A DNA stretch of 64,000 bases from an uncultured Elusimicrobia bacterium. GTDB taxonomy: Bacteria > Elusimicrobiota > Elusimicrobia > Elusimicrobiales > UBA9959. Positions 38,810 to 48,866 of this stretch are shown in pieces. Location: the NCBI GenBank assembly GCA_903879915.1, contig CAIRNJ010000026.1, positions 21,433 to 85,432 of the forward strand, given 5' to 3'. Below the pieces are notes generated by a model, which saw nothing but the letters and a program-made list of their open reading frames with translations, did not search any database and was not told where the DNA came from. The first letter of the stretch is position 1, and each line of letters opens with the position of its first letter. The position numbers were made by a program, and so were the translations under genes.

Positions 38810-39570
38810 AGAATTTGCTCCCCCTTACCTGGGCCGTCGCGGCTAATTCCTTCGGGGAGAGCGTGCGGCACCGCTTTTTTACGCTGTTCTCCGTTTTCGC
38901 CTTTACCGCCATCTACGCCTCGGTGCTGGCCGGAGTGATGGCGGTGGACGAGGAAGCCAGGGTACTGGCCGACCTGGGCCTGGCGCTGATGGAACTGACT
39001 GCCCTGGCCTACGTGCTTTTCCAGGCGTCCTCCTCGCTGCTCAAGGAGGCCGAGACCAAGACCATCTACCTGGTCTTTTCCAGGCCGGTGCCGCGCTGGA
39101 TCTACCTTGCCGGGAAAATGGGCGGGGTCATGCTTACCGCCGCCTTCATGCTGGCGGTGATGAGCTGCATGCACGTGGCGCTGCTTTATTTCCGCGGTTT
39201 CTCCCTGCCCGCGGCCTACGGCTGGGCGCTGGCCGGCTCTTTCTGCAAGCTGGCCGTGATCACGGCCTTCGCGTTCTTCGTTTCGCTGTTCTCCACCTCC
39301 TCGGTCTCCACGCTGGTGATCTCCGGCATCCTGTGGACGCTCGGCCATTTCGTCTCCGAGACCCGCTTCATGGCGGAGCACGCCTACGGCGCCAAGGCGG
39401 TCCTGCTGAAAGCCGTCATCTGGCTGATCCCCAACCTGCAGCTGTTCAACGCGCGCGACGCGGCAGGCGCCGCCGCCGCCATAGCGCCGTCCGCTTTCCT
39501 CTCCGGGGCCGCCTGGATACTGGCCGCCTACCTCGCCTCCCTCTGGCTGCTGGCCAGGAAGGAATTCTGA
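38806..39570 (+). CDS. ABC-2 family permease (NosY/GldF-like)
   Basis: 254 aa with about 6 TM segments. The EAETKTIYLVFSRPVPR block is typical of COG1277-type permeases. Confidence 0.7.
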   Translation: MKNLLPLTWAVAANSFGESVRHRFFTLFSVFAFTAIYASVLAGVMAVDEEARVLADLGLALMELTALAYVLFQASSSLLKEAETKTIYLVFSRPVPRWIYLAGKMGGVMLTAAFMLAVMSCMHVALLYFRGFSLPAAYGWALAGSFCKLAVITAFAFFVSLFSTSSVSTLVISGILWTLGHFVSETRFMAEHAYGAKAVLLKAVIWLIPNLQLFNARDAAGAAAAIAPSAFLSGAAWILAAYLASLWLLARKEF

Positions 39571-40325
39571 TGCCCGGCGCCGGAAGCCGCGCGCCGCACG
39601 GCCTTGGCCTGCTGCTCGCGGCCCTGCTGGCCCTGGGGGCCGGCGGCGGCGCGGCCTATTACGGCTATAACAGCCCTTTCCCCCCTCCGCAGGAAATACG
39701 CGTGCCCCCGCAGGGCGCGGCCGGCGATATGTTCGCGCTGGCTTTCGGCGCGCGCCGCCTGTTCGCCGACATGTGGTTCGTGCGCCTTATGCAGTATTAC
39801 GGCACCGAGGAATTCGCCGGCGACGACGAGCATGAGAACGAGCCGGGGCATAAGCACGACGCGCACTGCCGCCACGGCGCAAATTTCGGCACCGGTAAAT
39901 ACCCGGGGTTCCTGCCCATGGCCCGGCATATACTGGAGATCGACCCCGGGTTCGTCTCGGCCGGGCTCTACGGGGCGGGGTCGCTGGCTTTCAACATGGG
40001 CCGCACGGCGGAGGCGGAGGAACTGCTCGCGTACGGCCTGCGCTATTCGCCCAAGGAATGGAAGTACCTGAAAGTGCTGGCCGCCATCGGCTACAGCAAG
40101 GCCGAAGATCCCGCGGCGGTGGCCGGGCAGATACAGCCGCTCCTGAAAGAGCCGGACTGCCCGGTGATGCTCAAGCAGCTGGCGGCTTTCCTGAATAAAA
40201 AGATAGGCAACTACGCGGCCGCCGCGGTCATTTACGCCGATATCGCCGCCACCTCGCGCGACGAAGCCTACGTGCTCAACGCCCGCCGCGAACTGGCCAG
40301 ACTGGCCCGAAGAACGGTAAGATGA
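39570..40325 (+). CDS. membrane-anchored hypothetical protein with a His/Cys-rich acidic loop and a TPR-like C-terminus
   Basis: 251 codons from ATG 39570 (TGATG overlap). N-terminal anchor GLGLLLAALLALG. The loop DDEHENEPGHKHDAHCRHG spans 39822-39875. Confidence 0.6.
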   Translation: MPGAGSRAPHGLGLLLAALLALGAGGGAAYYGYNSPFPPPQEIRVPPQGAAGDMFALAFGARRLFADMWFVRLMQYYGTEEFAGDDEHENEPGHKHDAHCRHGANFGTGKYPGFLPMARHILEIDPGFVSAGLYGAGSLAFNMGRTAEAEELLAYGLRYSPKEWKYLKVLAAIGYSKAEDPAAVAGQIQPLLKEPDCPVMLKQLAAFLNKKIGNYAAAAVIYADIAATSRDEAYVLNARRELARLARRTVR

Positions 40326-41359
40326 ACATCCTCAATATCTGCGATACCGAAGCCTGGGACCTGGTGGCCTACCAGGCGCTGCACACTGCCGCCCGCTTCG
40401 TGAAGACCGGTCATAACGCTACCGTCATCTGCCATAAGGGGTCGCGGCTGCACGAAGAGTGCCAGAAGCTCAAGATAAACACCCGGACCATTACGCTGGG
40501 GCTTAAGTTCGGATTTTTCGAGACCGGCGGCTGGGACCTCATCCATTTTTACAACCCGGACAACATCAACCAGCTGCTGCTGAAAAAGGCCCGGGCTTCC
40601 GCCAGGATCTTCATCACGCAGCTGAAGCTGGGCAGCCGCCGGGCGTTCGAGAAGCTTTCCCTGCTCGAGCCCTACGTCGACCGCTACATCGCGGCCTGCA
40701 GTTCGGTGCAGGAGGAATTTTTTCGGGTGGGCATCGACCAGCGCAAGACCTTCATGGTGCCGCCGGCCATAAACCTGGGGCGCTGGGAAAGCGCGATGCT
40801 GATAAAGCCGGCCATGTTCCTGCAGCGCCCCTACCGGGTGGGCACCGTCAGCATGGACCGCAGTTTAAAGGAACAGGAACTTTTTCTGCTGATGGCCAAA
40901 GAGGTCCTGCTGGTACTGCCCAATACCAATTTCCTGATAGTCGGGCTCAAGGACGAGCGCATACGGGACATGGCGCGGAAACTGGGGATAAGCCACAAAG
41001 TGGACGTGCTCTGGGAGCGCAGCGACATGCCCGAGGTGATGGCGATGATGCATATCTACGCCAAGACCGCCGTGCGCGAGGGGATCTCGATGTCGCTGCT
41101 GGAGGCCCAGGCGTCCGGCGTGGCCTGCGTGGTCCCGCGCCTCAGGGGCCTCAGCGATTTCATAGTCTGCGACAACAACGCCGTTATCGTGGAACCGGGG
41201 GACATGCTCGCCTGCACCAAGGCCGTAGTCCACCTGATAAACAACCCCCCCGTCTGCCATACCATGTCGAAGATGGCCTTCGACTATGTTTCCAACAACA
41301 TGTCCATGCCCGTGGTCTGCAACCTGCTGCTGCGCCTGTACGAAGAAGCGCTGGCCTGA
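40322..41359 (+). CDS. glycosyltransferase family 4 (GT-B fold)
   Basis: 345 aa. The EGISMSLLEAQASGVACV E-x7-E region is typical of the Glycos_transf_1 domain. ATGA overlap with the upstream gene. Confidence 0.75.
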   Translation: MNILNICDTEAWDLVAYQALHTAARFVKTGHNATVICHKGSRLHEECQKLKINTRTITLGLKFGFFETGGWDLIHFYNPDNINQLLLKKARASARIFITQLKLGSRRAFEKLSLLEPYVDRYIAACSSVQEEFFRVGIDQRKTFMVPPAINLGRWESAMLIKPAMFLQRPYRVGTVSMDRSLKEQELFLLMAKEVLLVLPNTNFLIVGLKDERIRDMARKLGISHKVDVLWERSDMPEVMAMMHIYAKTAVREGISMSLLEAQASGVACVVPRLRGLSDFIVCDNNAVIVEPGDMLACTKAVVHLINNPPVCHTMSKMAFDYVSNNMSMPVVCNLLLRLYEEALA

Positions 41360-41372
41360 CGCCGTCTCCCGC

Positions 41373-41762
41373 CTATAGTTCGCTCCAGAACCTGCCCTTT
41401 TCGTCCTTGTGCGTGCAGTCTATGTACACCAGCCCGAACTGCGGGTCGGCGGGATCGTTCACGTAAGCCCAGCCGCCGGTGTCCCTGAACCTGAAGGAAG
41501 CGACGTCCGTGACTTTCGCCGAGCCCGGGTGCCAGGCCAGTTTGAGCCCGGGGACGGTTTCCAGCTTGCCCGCGGCCAGCACCTGTCCGAACGAGGCGGG
41601 CGGGGTTTTGTACTCCATCCTGTAGAAGGTCACGGCCACCCGCAGGCCGGCCAGCTTGCGGATGACGTCGGCCGCCGGCATGCGCTCGCGCAGGCGGACC
41701 AGGCCCGCGGCCGCGAGCGCCAGCAGCAGCACCGCGCCGGCCGCCTTTAATCTTTTCAGCAT
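41373..41762 (-). CDS. hypothetical anchored protein with a pilin-like C-terminal domain
   Basis: 129 aa with hydrophobic N-terminus AGAVLLLALAAAGL. The C-terminal pattern DTGGWAYVN..GLVYIDCTHKDEKGRFWSEL resembles type IV pilin/pseudopilin globular domains. There is no G-FTLIE prepilin motif. Confidence 0.5.
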   Translation of the reverse strand: MLKRLKAAGAVLLLALAAAGLVRLRERMPAADVIRKLAGLRVAVTFYRMEYKTPPASFGQVLAAGKLETVPGLKLAWHPGSAKVTDVASFRFRDTGGWAYVNDPADPQFGLVYIDCTHKDEKGRFWSEL

Positions 41763-41849
41763 ACGGCAATATTACAAAAAAAAATGCGGCCGCGGAATTT
41801 TGTAGAATTTATGCAGCGGTAAATCAGCGCTGCTTCAAAGGATAAAACC

Positions 41850-43202
41850 ATGAAAATATTATGCCTTAACTGCGGAAGCTCTTCCGTTAAGTATTCTCTT
41901 TTCGACTGGCTGGCGAAAACCCCCCTCGCCTCCGGCGTGGTGGAACGCGTAGGCATAGGCGGCTCTTTCATAAGCCACGAGGCCTCCGGCCGCGAGAAGG
42001 CGACCATCAACCAGGACTGCCCCACGCATAAGGAAGCCATTAAGCTGGTGCTCAGCACCCTGACCGACGGCACCAACGGGGTTATCGACAGCCTGACCAG
42101 CATAACGGCCGTGGGACACCGCGTGGTGCACGGCGGCGAGAAGTTCGTGAAGTCGGTCATCATCGACGAGAAGGTCATAGAGGCCTTCCGCGAGCTTTCC
42201 TCCCTGGCCCCGCTGCACAACCCGCCCAACATCCAGGGCATCGAGGCCGCCCGCGAACTGATGCCCAAGATCCCGCACATGGCCATCATGGACACGGCCT
42301 GGCACCAGACCATGCCGGAGGCCTCCTATATGTACGCGCTGCCCCGCGCGTGGTACGAGAAGTACGCCATCCGCCGCTACGGCTTCCACGGCACCTCGTT
42401 CCTTTACAACGCCAAGCGCGCCGCGGTGCTGCTTGGTAAGGACCCCTTCAAGACCAACCTCGTGATCTGCCACATCGGCAACGGCGCTTCCGTCAACGCG
42501 GTGAAGAACGGCCTCTCTTACGACACCAGCATGGGCTTCACCCCGCTGGAGGGCCTGATAATGGGCACCCGCGCCGGGGACCACGACCCCGCCATCCCGC
42601 TTTACGTGATGGCCCGCGAAAGCATGAACCCCGGCGAGATGGACGCCATTCTTAACAAGAAATCCGGCAAGCTCGGGATCACCGGCAAGTTCAGCGACGC
42701 CCGCGACGTGGAAATGGCGGCCGTGCAGGGCGACGCGCGCGCGCAGCTCGCGCTGGACATGGAAGCCAACCGCATCAGGAAGTACATCGGCGCGTACGCG
42801 GCCGAGGTGGGCGGCATAGACGCCGTGGTGTTCACCGCCGGGGTCGGCGAGATGGGCCCGCTCACGCGCTGGGGCGCGCTGCAGGGCCTGGACTTCATGG
42901 GCATAAAGTGCGACAAAGAGAAGAACGACACCTCCAAGACCCGCAACGCCGAGACCGAGATCTCCTGCAAGACCTCCAAGGTGAAGGTGTTCGTGATCCC
43001 CACCGACGAGGAGCGCGTGTTCGTGGAGGACGTGGCCGGGCTGATGAACGGCTCCTACGACATCCACACCCGCTTCAACTATACCTTCCAGGAGCCCGGC
43101 TACCGCAACATGCTGCGCGACGACGCTTTCGCCAAGCAGTGCGCCAAGAAGCCGGAACTGCTCAAGGTCGAAGCCAACCCGGCGGCCGGAGTGAAGCGCT
43201 AG
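41850..43202 (+). CDS. ackA: acetate kinase (with C-terminal extension)
   Basis: Begins MKILCLNCGSSSVKYSLF and contains HRVVHGG and FHGTS motifs. 450 aa, which is about 40 aa longer than typical enzymes. Confidence 0.9.
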   Translation: MKILCLNCGSSSVKYSLFDWLAKTPLASGVVERVGIGGSFISHEASGREKATINQDCPTHKEAIKLVLSTLTDGTNGVIDSLTSITAVGHRVVHGGEKFVKSVIIDEKVIEAFRELSSLAPLHNPPNIQGIEAARELMPKIPHMAIMDTAWHQTMPEASYMYALPRAWYEKYAIRRYGFHGTSFLYNAKRAAVLLGKDPFKTNLVICHIGNGASVNAVKNGLSYDTSMGFTPLEGLIMGTRAGDHDPAIPLYVMARESMNPGEMDAILNKKSGKLGITGKFSDARDVEMAAVQGDARAQLALDMEANRIRKYIGAYAAEVGGIDAVVFTAGVGEMGPLTRWGALQGLDFMGIKCDKEKNDTSKTRNAETEISCKTSKVKVFVIPTDEERVFVEDVAGLMNGSYDIHTRFNYTFQEPGYRNMLRDDAFAKQCAKKPELLKVEANPAAGVKR

Positions 43203-43253
43203 GCCAGTCCGCGCCGCCCCGGGGCCCCGCCCCGGCGGCGCGGGTCCCGCCCT

Positions 43254-44255
43254 ATGAAAGACCTGAAGTCCGGGATCTTCCGCCCTCTGACCGCGCTGCT
43301 GCTGCTTTGCGCGGTCGGCGTGGGCGGCTATTCCTTTATAGAGGGCTGGGATCTGCTCGACAGCCTTTATATGACGGTGATCACGCTGGGCACCATCGGC
43401 TACGGCGAAACTCACGCGCTGTCCGACTCCGGGCGCGTTTTTACCATCTGCCTGATCCTGGGCGGCATAGGCGTGATGACGTATATCTTCACCAGCATCA
43501 CAGAGCTGCTGCTGAAGGGCGGGCTGAAAGATGCGTTCCGGAGGCTGAAAATGCAGGACAAGATCGATCGTATGGACGGACATTTCGTGGTATGCGGGGC
43601 TTCCCGCCCCGGGCTCAGCGTCTGCGAGGAGCTTTCTAAGACCTCCAGGCCTTTCGTGCTGGTAGTATTGGCGGAAAGCGAGGTCAAGAAGTTCATGGAC
43701 CGCGGCTGGTGCGTCGTCGCCGGGGACGCGGCTTCCTGCTCCGCGCTGGAGGCCGCCGGCATTAAAAAGGCGCGCGGCATCTTCTGCGCCCTGCCCGGGG
43801 ACAAGGACAACGGGTTCGTGGCCATTACGGCCCGCGGCCTTAACCCGGCGGTAAAGATAGTCACGGTGCAGAACGAACACGACGAGGAAATGAAGGACAA
43901 GCTGGTCCGCGCCGGGGCCGACATCGTGATAAACCCCTCGCATATAGGCGGCCTGCGCATGGCCTCCGAAATGCTGCGCCCCGCCACGGTGAAGTTCCTC
44001 GACTCGATGCTGCGCGGCCAGAAAGAAGGCGTGCGGTTCGAGGACCTGGAAGCCGGCGCCGGGGCGGCAGGCCGGCCGCTGGGCGAGTTTAAAGGCGCCG
44101 GGAGCAAAGGCGCGCTGATAGTGGCCCTGAAGAACCCGGAGAAGCAGGAGTACGAGATCAACCCGCTGCCCGAAGTGAAGCTAAAGAAAGGCGACGTGCT
44201 GGTGGCGCTGGGCACGCCGGAAGAGCTTAAGGCGCTGGCCGCGGCCCTGGCCTGA
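43254..44255 (+). CDS. MthK-like potassium channel (2TM pore plus RCK/TrkA domains)
   Basis: Selectivity filter TLGTIGYGE. Followed by TrkA-N (VVCGASRPG) and a TrkA-C region. Confidence 0.85.
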   Translation: MKDLKSGIFRPLTALLLLCAVGVGGYSFIEGWDLLDSLYMTVITLGTIGYGETHALSDSGRVFTICLILGGIGVMTYIFTSITELLLKGGLKDAFRRLKMQDKIDRMDGHFVVCGASRPGLSVCEELSKTSRPFVLVVLAESEVKKFMDRGWCVVAGDAASCSALEAAGIKKARGIFCALPGDKDNGFVAITARGLNPAVKIVTVQNEHDEEMKDKLVRAGADIVINPSHIGGLRMASEMLRPATVKFLDSMLRGQKEGVRFEDLEAGAGAAGRPLGEFKGAGSKGALIVALKNPEKQEYEINPLPEVKLKKGDVLVALGTPEELKALAAALA

Positions 44256-44318
44256 CCGCGGGCGGGCTCCTGGGATTTTGCCGTGCCGCGCGGGACAGGC
44301 GGTTTTAGGCGGCGTTTA

Positions 44319-44341
44319 TTTGTTAAAATTAGGATAACAAA
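44319..44341 (+). promoter_or_regulatory. extended -10 (TGtTAAAAT, 44321-44329) embedded in the inverted repeat TTTGTTA-N9-TAACAAA
   Basis: Read from the sequence, 31 nt upstream of the GTG start of the sugar-binding protein gene. Possible promoter plus operator. Confidence 0.3.
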
Positions 44342-44371
44342 AACAGACAAGCGGAAGTTAAGAGGGGCAGG

Positions 44372-45589
44372 GTGAAAAGTAAACTTTTAATTCTAGCCGT
44401 TGCCGGGGCGTTCTGCTCATGTTCCCGTCCCGTCGCCGATACCTCGAAGACCATAGTGGTCTGGGAACAGGAAGACGCGCAGGTCGCCCCCTACATAGAT
44501 TCCGTTTTCGACGCCTTCAGAAAACTGCCGGAGAACGCCGGCATCCAAATCGTCCGCACCCATTACCAGACCGAGGACCTGCGCTCGCAGTTCCAGGCCG
44601 CGTCGCTGGCGGGCGTGCCGCCCGACCTGTTGCTCGGTCCCTCCGATACCGCGGGACTTTACGCCGTCTCCGGGTTCATCATGCCGCTGGACGGCGAATT
44701 CGATTTTTCCCGCTATAATAAACCGGTGGTGGAAGCCATAACCCTGGACGGGCATACCTGGGGCGTGCCGGTTTCCAACGGCAACCACCTGATGATGTTC
44801 TACAACAGGAAACTGGCGAAATCCCCCCCTAAGACCACAGACGAGCTTTTCTCTTTCTGCGCGGGGCCGGCGAAGCAGCTGCATCTCGAGTACTGCCTGG
44901 CTTTCGATATGGGCGAGCCGTTCTGGATGATGCCCTGGCTGGGCGCTTTCGGCGGCTGGCCGATGGAAGGCAAGAAGCCGACGCTGGACACCCGGCCCAT
45001 GCGCGATACCGTGAATTTCTACCTGGACCTTAAGTATGAAAAAAAATTCGTGCCGATGGAGTGCGACTATAACTGCATGGACGCCTTGTTCAAGGAGAGC
45101 AAGGCCGCGTTCATCATAAACGGCGACTGGGCTATCTCCGGCTATCAGAAACATTTCGGCAAGGATTTCGGGCTGTGCGTTATCCCTAAACTTTCAAAGA
45201 CCGGGTTATACCCTTCCCCGATGGTCAGCGGCAAGTATTTCATGGTCAGCGCCGGCGCTAAGCCCGAGAAGCTGGCCATGCTCAAACGGCTGCTCGAATT
45301 TTACACCTCCAAGGAAAATCAGGTCAGGCAGTACCAGGTCCTTACCCGCCTGCCCGCCCTTAAAGCGACCGGCTCGGCCCCTGAAATAACTTCCGACGAG
45401 GTTTCCCGTATTTCCCTGGACCAGATCCTGAAAGGCCGGCCCATGCCCATGGCCACCGAAATGCGGGCCGTGTGGGATTCCGCCCGCAACTACCTGGGCA
45501 TGGCCACCACGCGCAAGCTGGACGTGGATACCGCCGTGCGCAAAATGCAGGAAAACGCCGATAAAAAAATAGCGGAAATGAACCAGTAG
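44372..45589 (+). CDS. ABC transporter extracellular solute-binding protein (CUT1, maltose/oligosaccharide-like)
   Basis: 405 aa with a GTG start and SD AGAGGGG. Lipoprotein-like N-terminus ..AGAFCSCS. SBP family 1 pattern. Confidence 0.8.
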   Translation: MKSKLLILAVAGAFCSCSRPVADTSKTIVVWEQEDAQVAPYIDSVFDAFRKLPENAGIQIVRTHYQTEDLRSQFQAASLAGVPPDLLLGPSDTAGLYAVSGFIMPLDGEFDFSRYNKPVVEAITLDGHTWGVPVSNGNHLMMFYNRKLAKSPPKTTDELFSFCAGPAKQLHLEYCLAFDMGEPFWMMPWLGAFGGWPMEGKKPTLDTRPMRDTVNFYLDLKYEKKFVPMECDYNCMDALFKESKAAFIINGDWAISGYQKHFGKDFGLCVIPKLSKTGLYPSPMVSGKYFMVSAGAKPEKLAMLKRLLEFYTSKENQVRQYQVLTRLPALKATGSAPEITSDEVSRISLDQILKGRPMPMATEMRAVWDSARNYLGMATTRKLDVDTAVRKMQENADKKIAEMNQ

Positions 45590-45624
45590 CAGGGGGCCGG
45601 AGCCCGGGAAGCCGGGAAAAAAAG

Positions 45625-46812
45625 ATGGAAACTTTAAAGTCGATCGTCGAAGTGACCTGGTTCATCATCCTCGTAGCCGTCGGCGTAGCCGCGCTGGTCG
45701 GCTACCTGTATTCGCATTTCAAGTTCTATGCCCGCTCCTGGTTCTTCCCCGCGGTACTCGCGGTTTTCCCCGCCCTGGCGCTGGCGGTCTTCGGCGGCCT
45801 GCTGGGCGGCTATACGTTCCAGCTCTGGCTGTATTTCCTGCTGGCCGAGGCCGCTATCGCGGCCTTCTTCCGGTTCCTGGTCAAAGGGCGCCATACCGTT
45901 CCCTATCTCATGCTCGCCCCGGCTTTTGTGGGCCTGGCCCTGCTGCTGGTATACCCTTTCGTGTTCGAGGTCTATCTTTCCTTCCATGACCTGAAGCTCA
46001 CCACCATCATGATGTGGAAGAATACCGGCACGCTGCCCTTCGTGGGTATTACCCAGTATATCAAGGTGTTCACCACCTCCCCTCTTTCGGAAGTCACGTT
46101 CTGGGCGCTGCTGCTGCGCACGCTGGTGTGGACCTTCACCAACGTTTTCTTCCATGTAGTGGGCGGTTTCATCCTTGCCCTGATGCTCAATAACCACATA
46201 AAATTCAAGGGCATCTACCGCACGCTGCTGGTGATCCCCTGGGCCATGCCGCAGGTCGTTGCGGTGCTGGCCATGCGCGGCGAGTTCCACGCCCAGTACG
46301 GCTTCGTGAATATCTTCCTGGTGAAACTTGTGCACCATTTACCCTTTCTGGCCAGCCTCGGCGTGGGCCCGGTGCAGTGGGTTAGCGATTACCCGCTGAT
46401 CACCTGTACGCTTATAAATATCTGGCTGGGCATCCCGTTCATGATGGTGGTCATACTCGGCGGGCTGCAGTCCATCTCCAGCTCCTATTACGACGCGGCC
46501 GACATCGACGGCGCGTCTTATTTCCAGAAGCTGCGCTACATAACCCTGCCGCTGGTGCGCCCGGTCATGATGCCCGCGGTTACGCTGGGCACGGTGTGGA
46601 CCTTCAACAATATTAACGTCATCTACCTGGTCACCGGCCAGTCAGGCGGCACCGAGCAGGCGGATATCCTGGTGTCAGCGCTGTACAAGGCGGCGTTCAC
46701 CTACAACCGCTACAGCTACTCGGCGGCCTTCGCCATAATCGTGTTCGCCATGCTGTTCTTCTTCTCGGTTTTCTACCTTAAGAGCTTCGACGCCGCCAAG
46801 GATGAACGATAA
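45625..46812 (+). CDS. sugar ABC transporter permease (MalF-like)
   Basis: 395 aa, polytopic, with the EAA-loop region DAADIDGASYFQKLRYITLP. Confidence 0.85.
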   Translation: METLKSIVEVTWFIILVAVGVAALVGYLYSHFKFYARSWFFPAVLAVFPALALAVFGGLLGGYTFQLWLYFLLAEAAIAAFFRFLVKGRHTVPYLMLAPAFVGLALLLVYPFVFEVYLSFHDLKLTTIMMWKNTGTLPFVGITQYIKVFTTSPLSEVTFWALLLRTLVWTFTNVFFHVVGGFILALMLNNHIKFKGIYRTLLVIPWAMPQVVAVLAMRGEFHAQYGFVNIFLVKLVHHLPFLASLGVGPVQWVSDYPLITCTLINIWLGIPFMMVVILGGLQSISSSYYDAADIDGASYFQKLRYITLPLVRPVMMPAVTLGTVWTFNNINVIYLVTGQSGGTEQADILVSALYKAAFTYNRYSYSAAFAIIVFAMLFFFSVFYLKSFDAAKDER

Positions 46813-47668
46813 TATGAAGAAAGAAATGTCGGCGGCCGCCAGGAAAAAACGTTTGCAGCACCTCCTTATACACGCGGGGCTGATCCTCGTCTCGGCGGCT
46901 TTCGTCTATCCGCTGCTCCGGATCTTCTCCGTTTCGCTGCGCCCGGGCGACAAGCTGTTCTCCATGGACCTGTCCATCATTCCAGCCGGGGCTACCCTGA
47001 TCTCTTACTCGAAGCTGCTGAAGGACACGATGTTCCTGCACTGGCTGTGGAATTCGCTGCTCATCACCCTGGCCACCTCGTTCATCGGCGTGTCGCTGGC
47101 TTCCACCGCCGCCTACTCGTTCTCCCGCTTCCGCTTCCCGGGCAAGAAAGCCGGCATGATACTGCTGCTGTCCAGCCAGATGATCCCGGCGGGCATGCTC
47201 ATCCTGCCGCTGTTCTTGATGATCATGAAGCTGAAGCTGATGAACACCTACCTCGGCATGATCATCGCCTACTCGGTGTCGTCGCTGCCGTTCAGCATCT
47301 GGATCCTCAAAGGCTATTACGACACCATCCCCCGCTCCCTCGAGGAGGCCGCGCTGGTGGACGGCACCAGCCAGGTGGGCGCTTTCTGGCGCATCATCCT
47401 GCCGCTGTCCACGCCGGCGCTGAGCATAGCCTTCCTGTTCAATTTTACCACCGCCTGGAACGAATACCTGGTGGCCCGCGTGGTGCTGTTCAGCGCCAAG
47501 CAGTATACCTGGACGCTGGGCCTGTTCGAGCTGCAGGGGCAGTTCATAACGCAGTGGGGCATGTTCGCGGCCGGCTCCATGCTGGTCACCATCCCCGTGC
47601 TGTGCGTTTTCCTGTATTCCTCCAAATGGCTTATCTCCGGCCTCACCCTCGGCAGCGTGAAAGGATAA
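46802..47668 (+). CDS. sugar ABC transporter permease (MalG-like)
   Basis: 288 aa with the EAA loop EEAALVDGTSQVGAFWRIILP. ATG 46814 is an alternative start. Confidence 0.85.
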   Translation: MNDNMKKEMSAAARKKRLQHLLIHAGLILVSAAFVYPLLRIFSVSLRPGDKLFSMDLSIIPAGATLISYSKLLKDTMFLHWLWNSLLITLATSFIGVSLASTAAYSFSRFRFPGKKAGMILLLSSQMIPAGMLILPLFLMIMKLKLMNTYLGMIIAYSVSSLPFSIWILKGYYDTIPRSLEEAALVDGTSQVGAFWRIILPLSTPALSIAFLFNFTTAWNEYLVARVVLFSAKQYTWTLGLFELQGQFITQWGMFAAGSMLVTIPVLCVFLYSSKWLISGLTLGSVKG

Positions 47669-47671
47669 CTT

Positions 47672-48772
<1,101 letters not shown>

Positions 48773-48820
48773 CCCCGCCCCGCCCGGCGGCGGGCAGGCG
48801 CTTGCAAAGCGCGGATTTTG

Positions 48821-48826
48821 TATAAT
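48821..48826 (+). promoter_or_regulatory. -10 box TATAAT upstream of the ferredoxin gene
   Basis: GATTTTGTATAAT lies 40 nt upstream of ATG 48867. The TTGCAA at 48802-48807 is only 13 nt away, so the -35 is uncertain. Confidence 0.35.
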
Positions 48827-48866
48827 AGACAGGTCAGATTTTCGGTATTATAACGGAGGTATTAAC

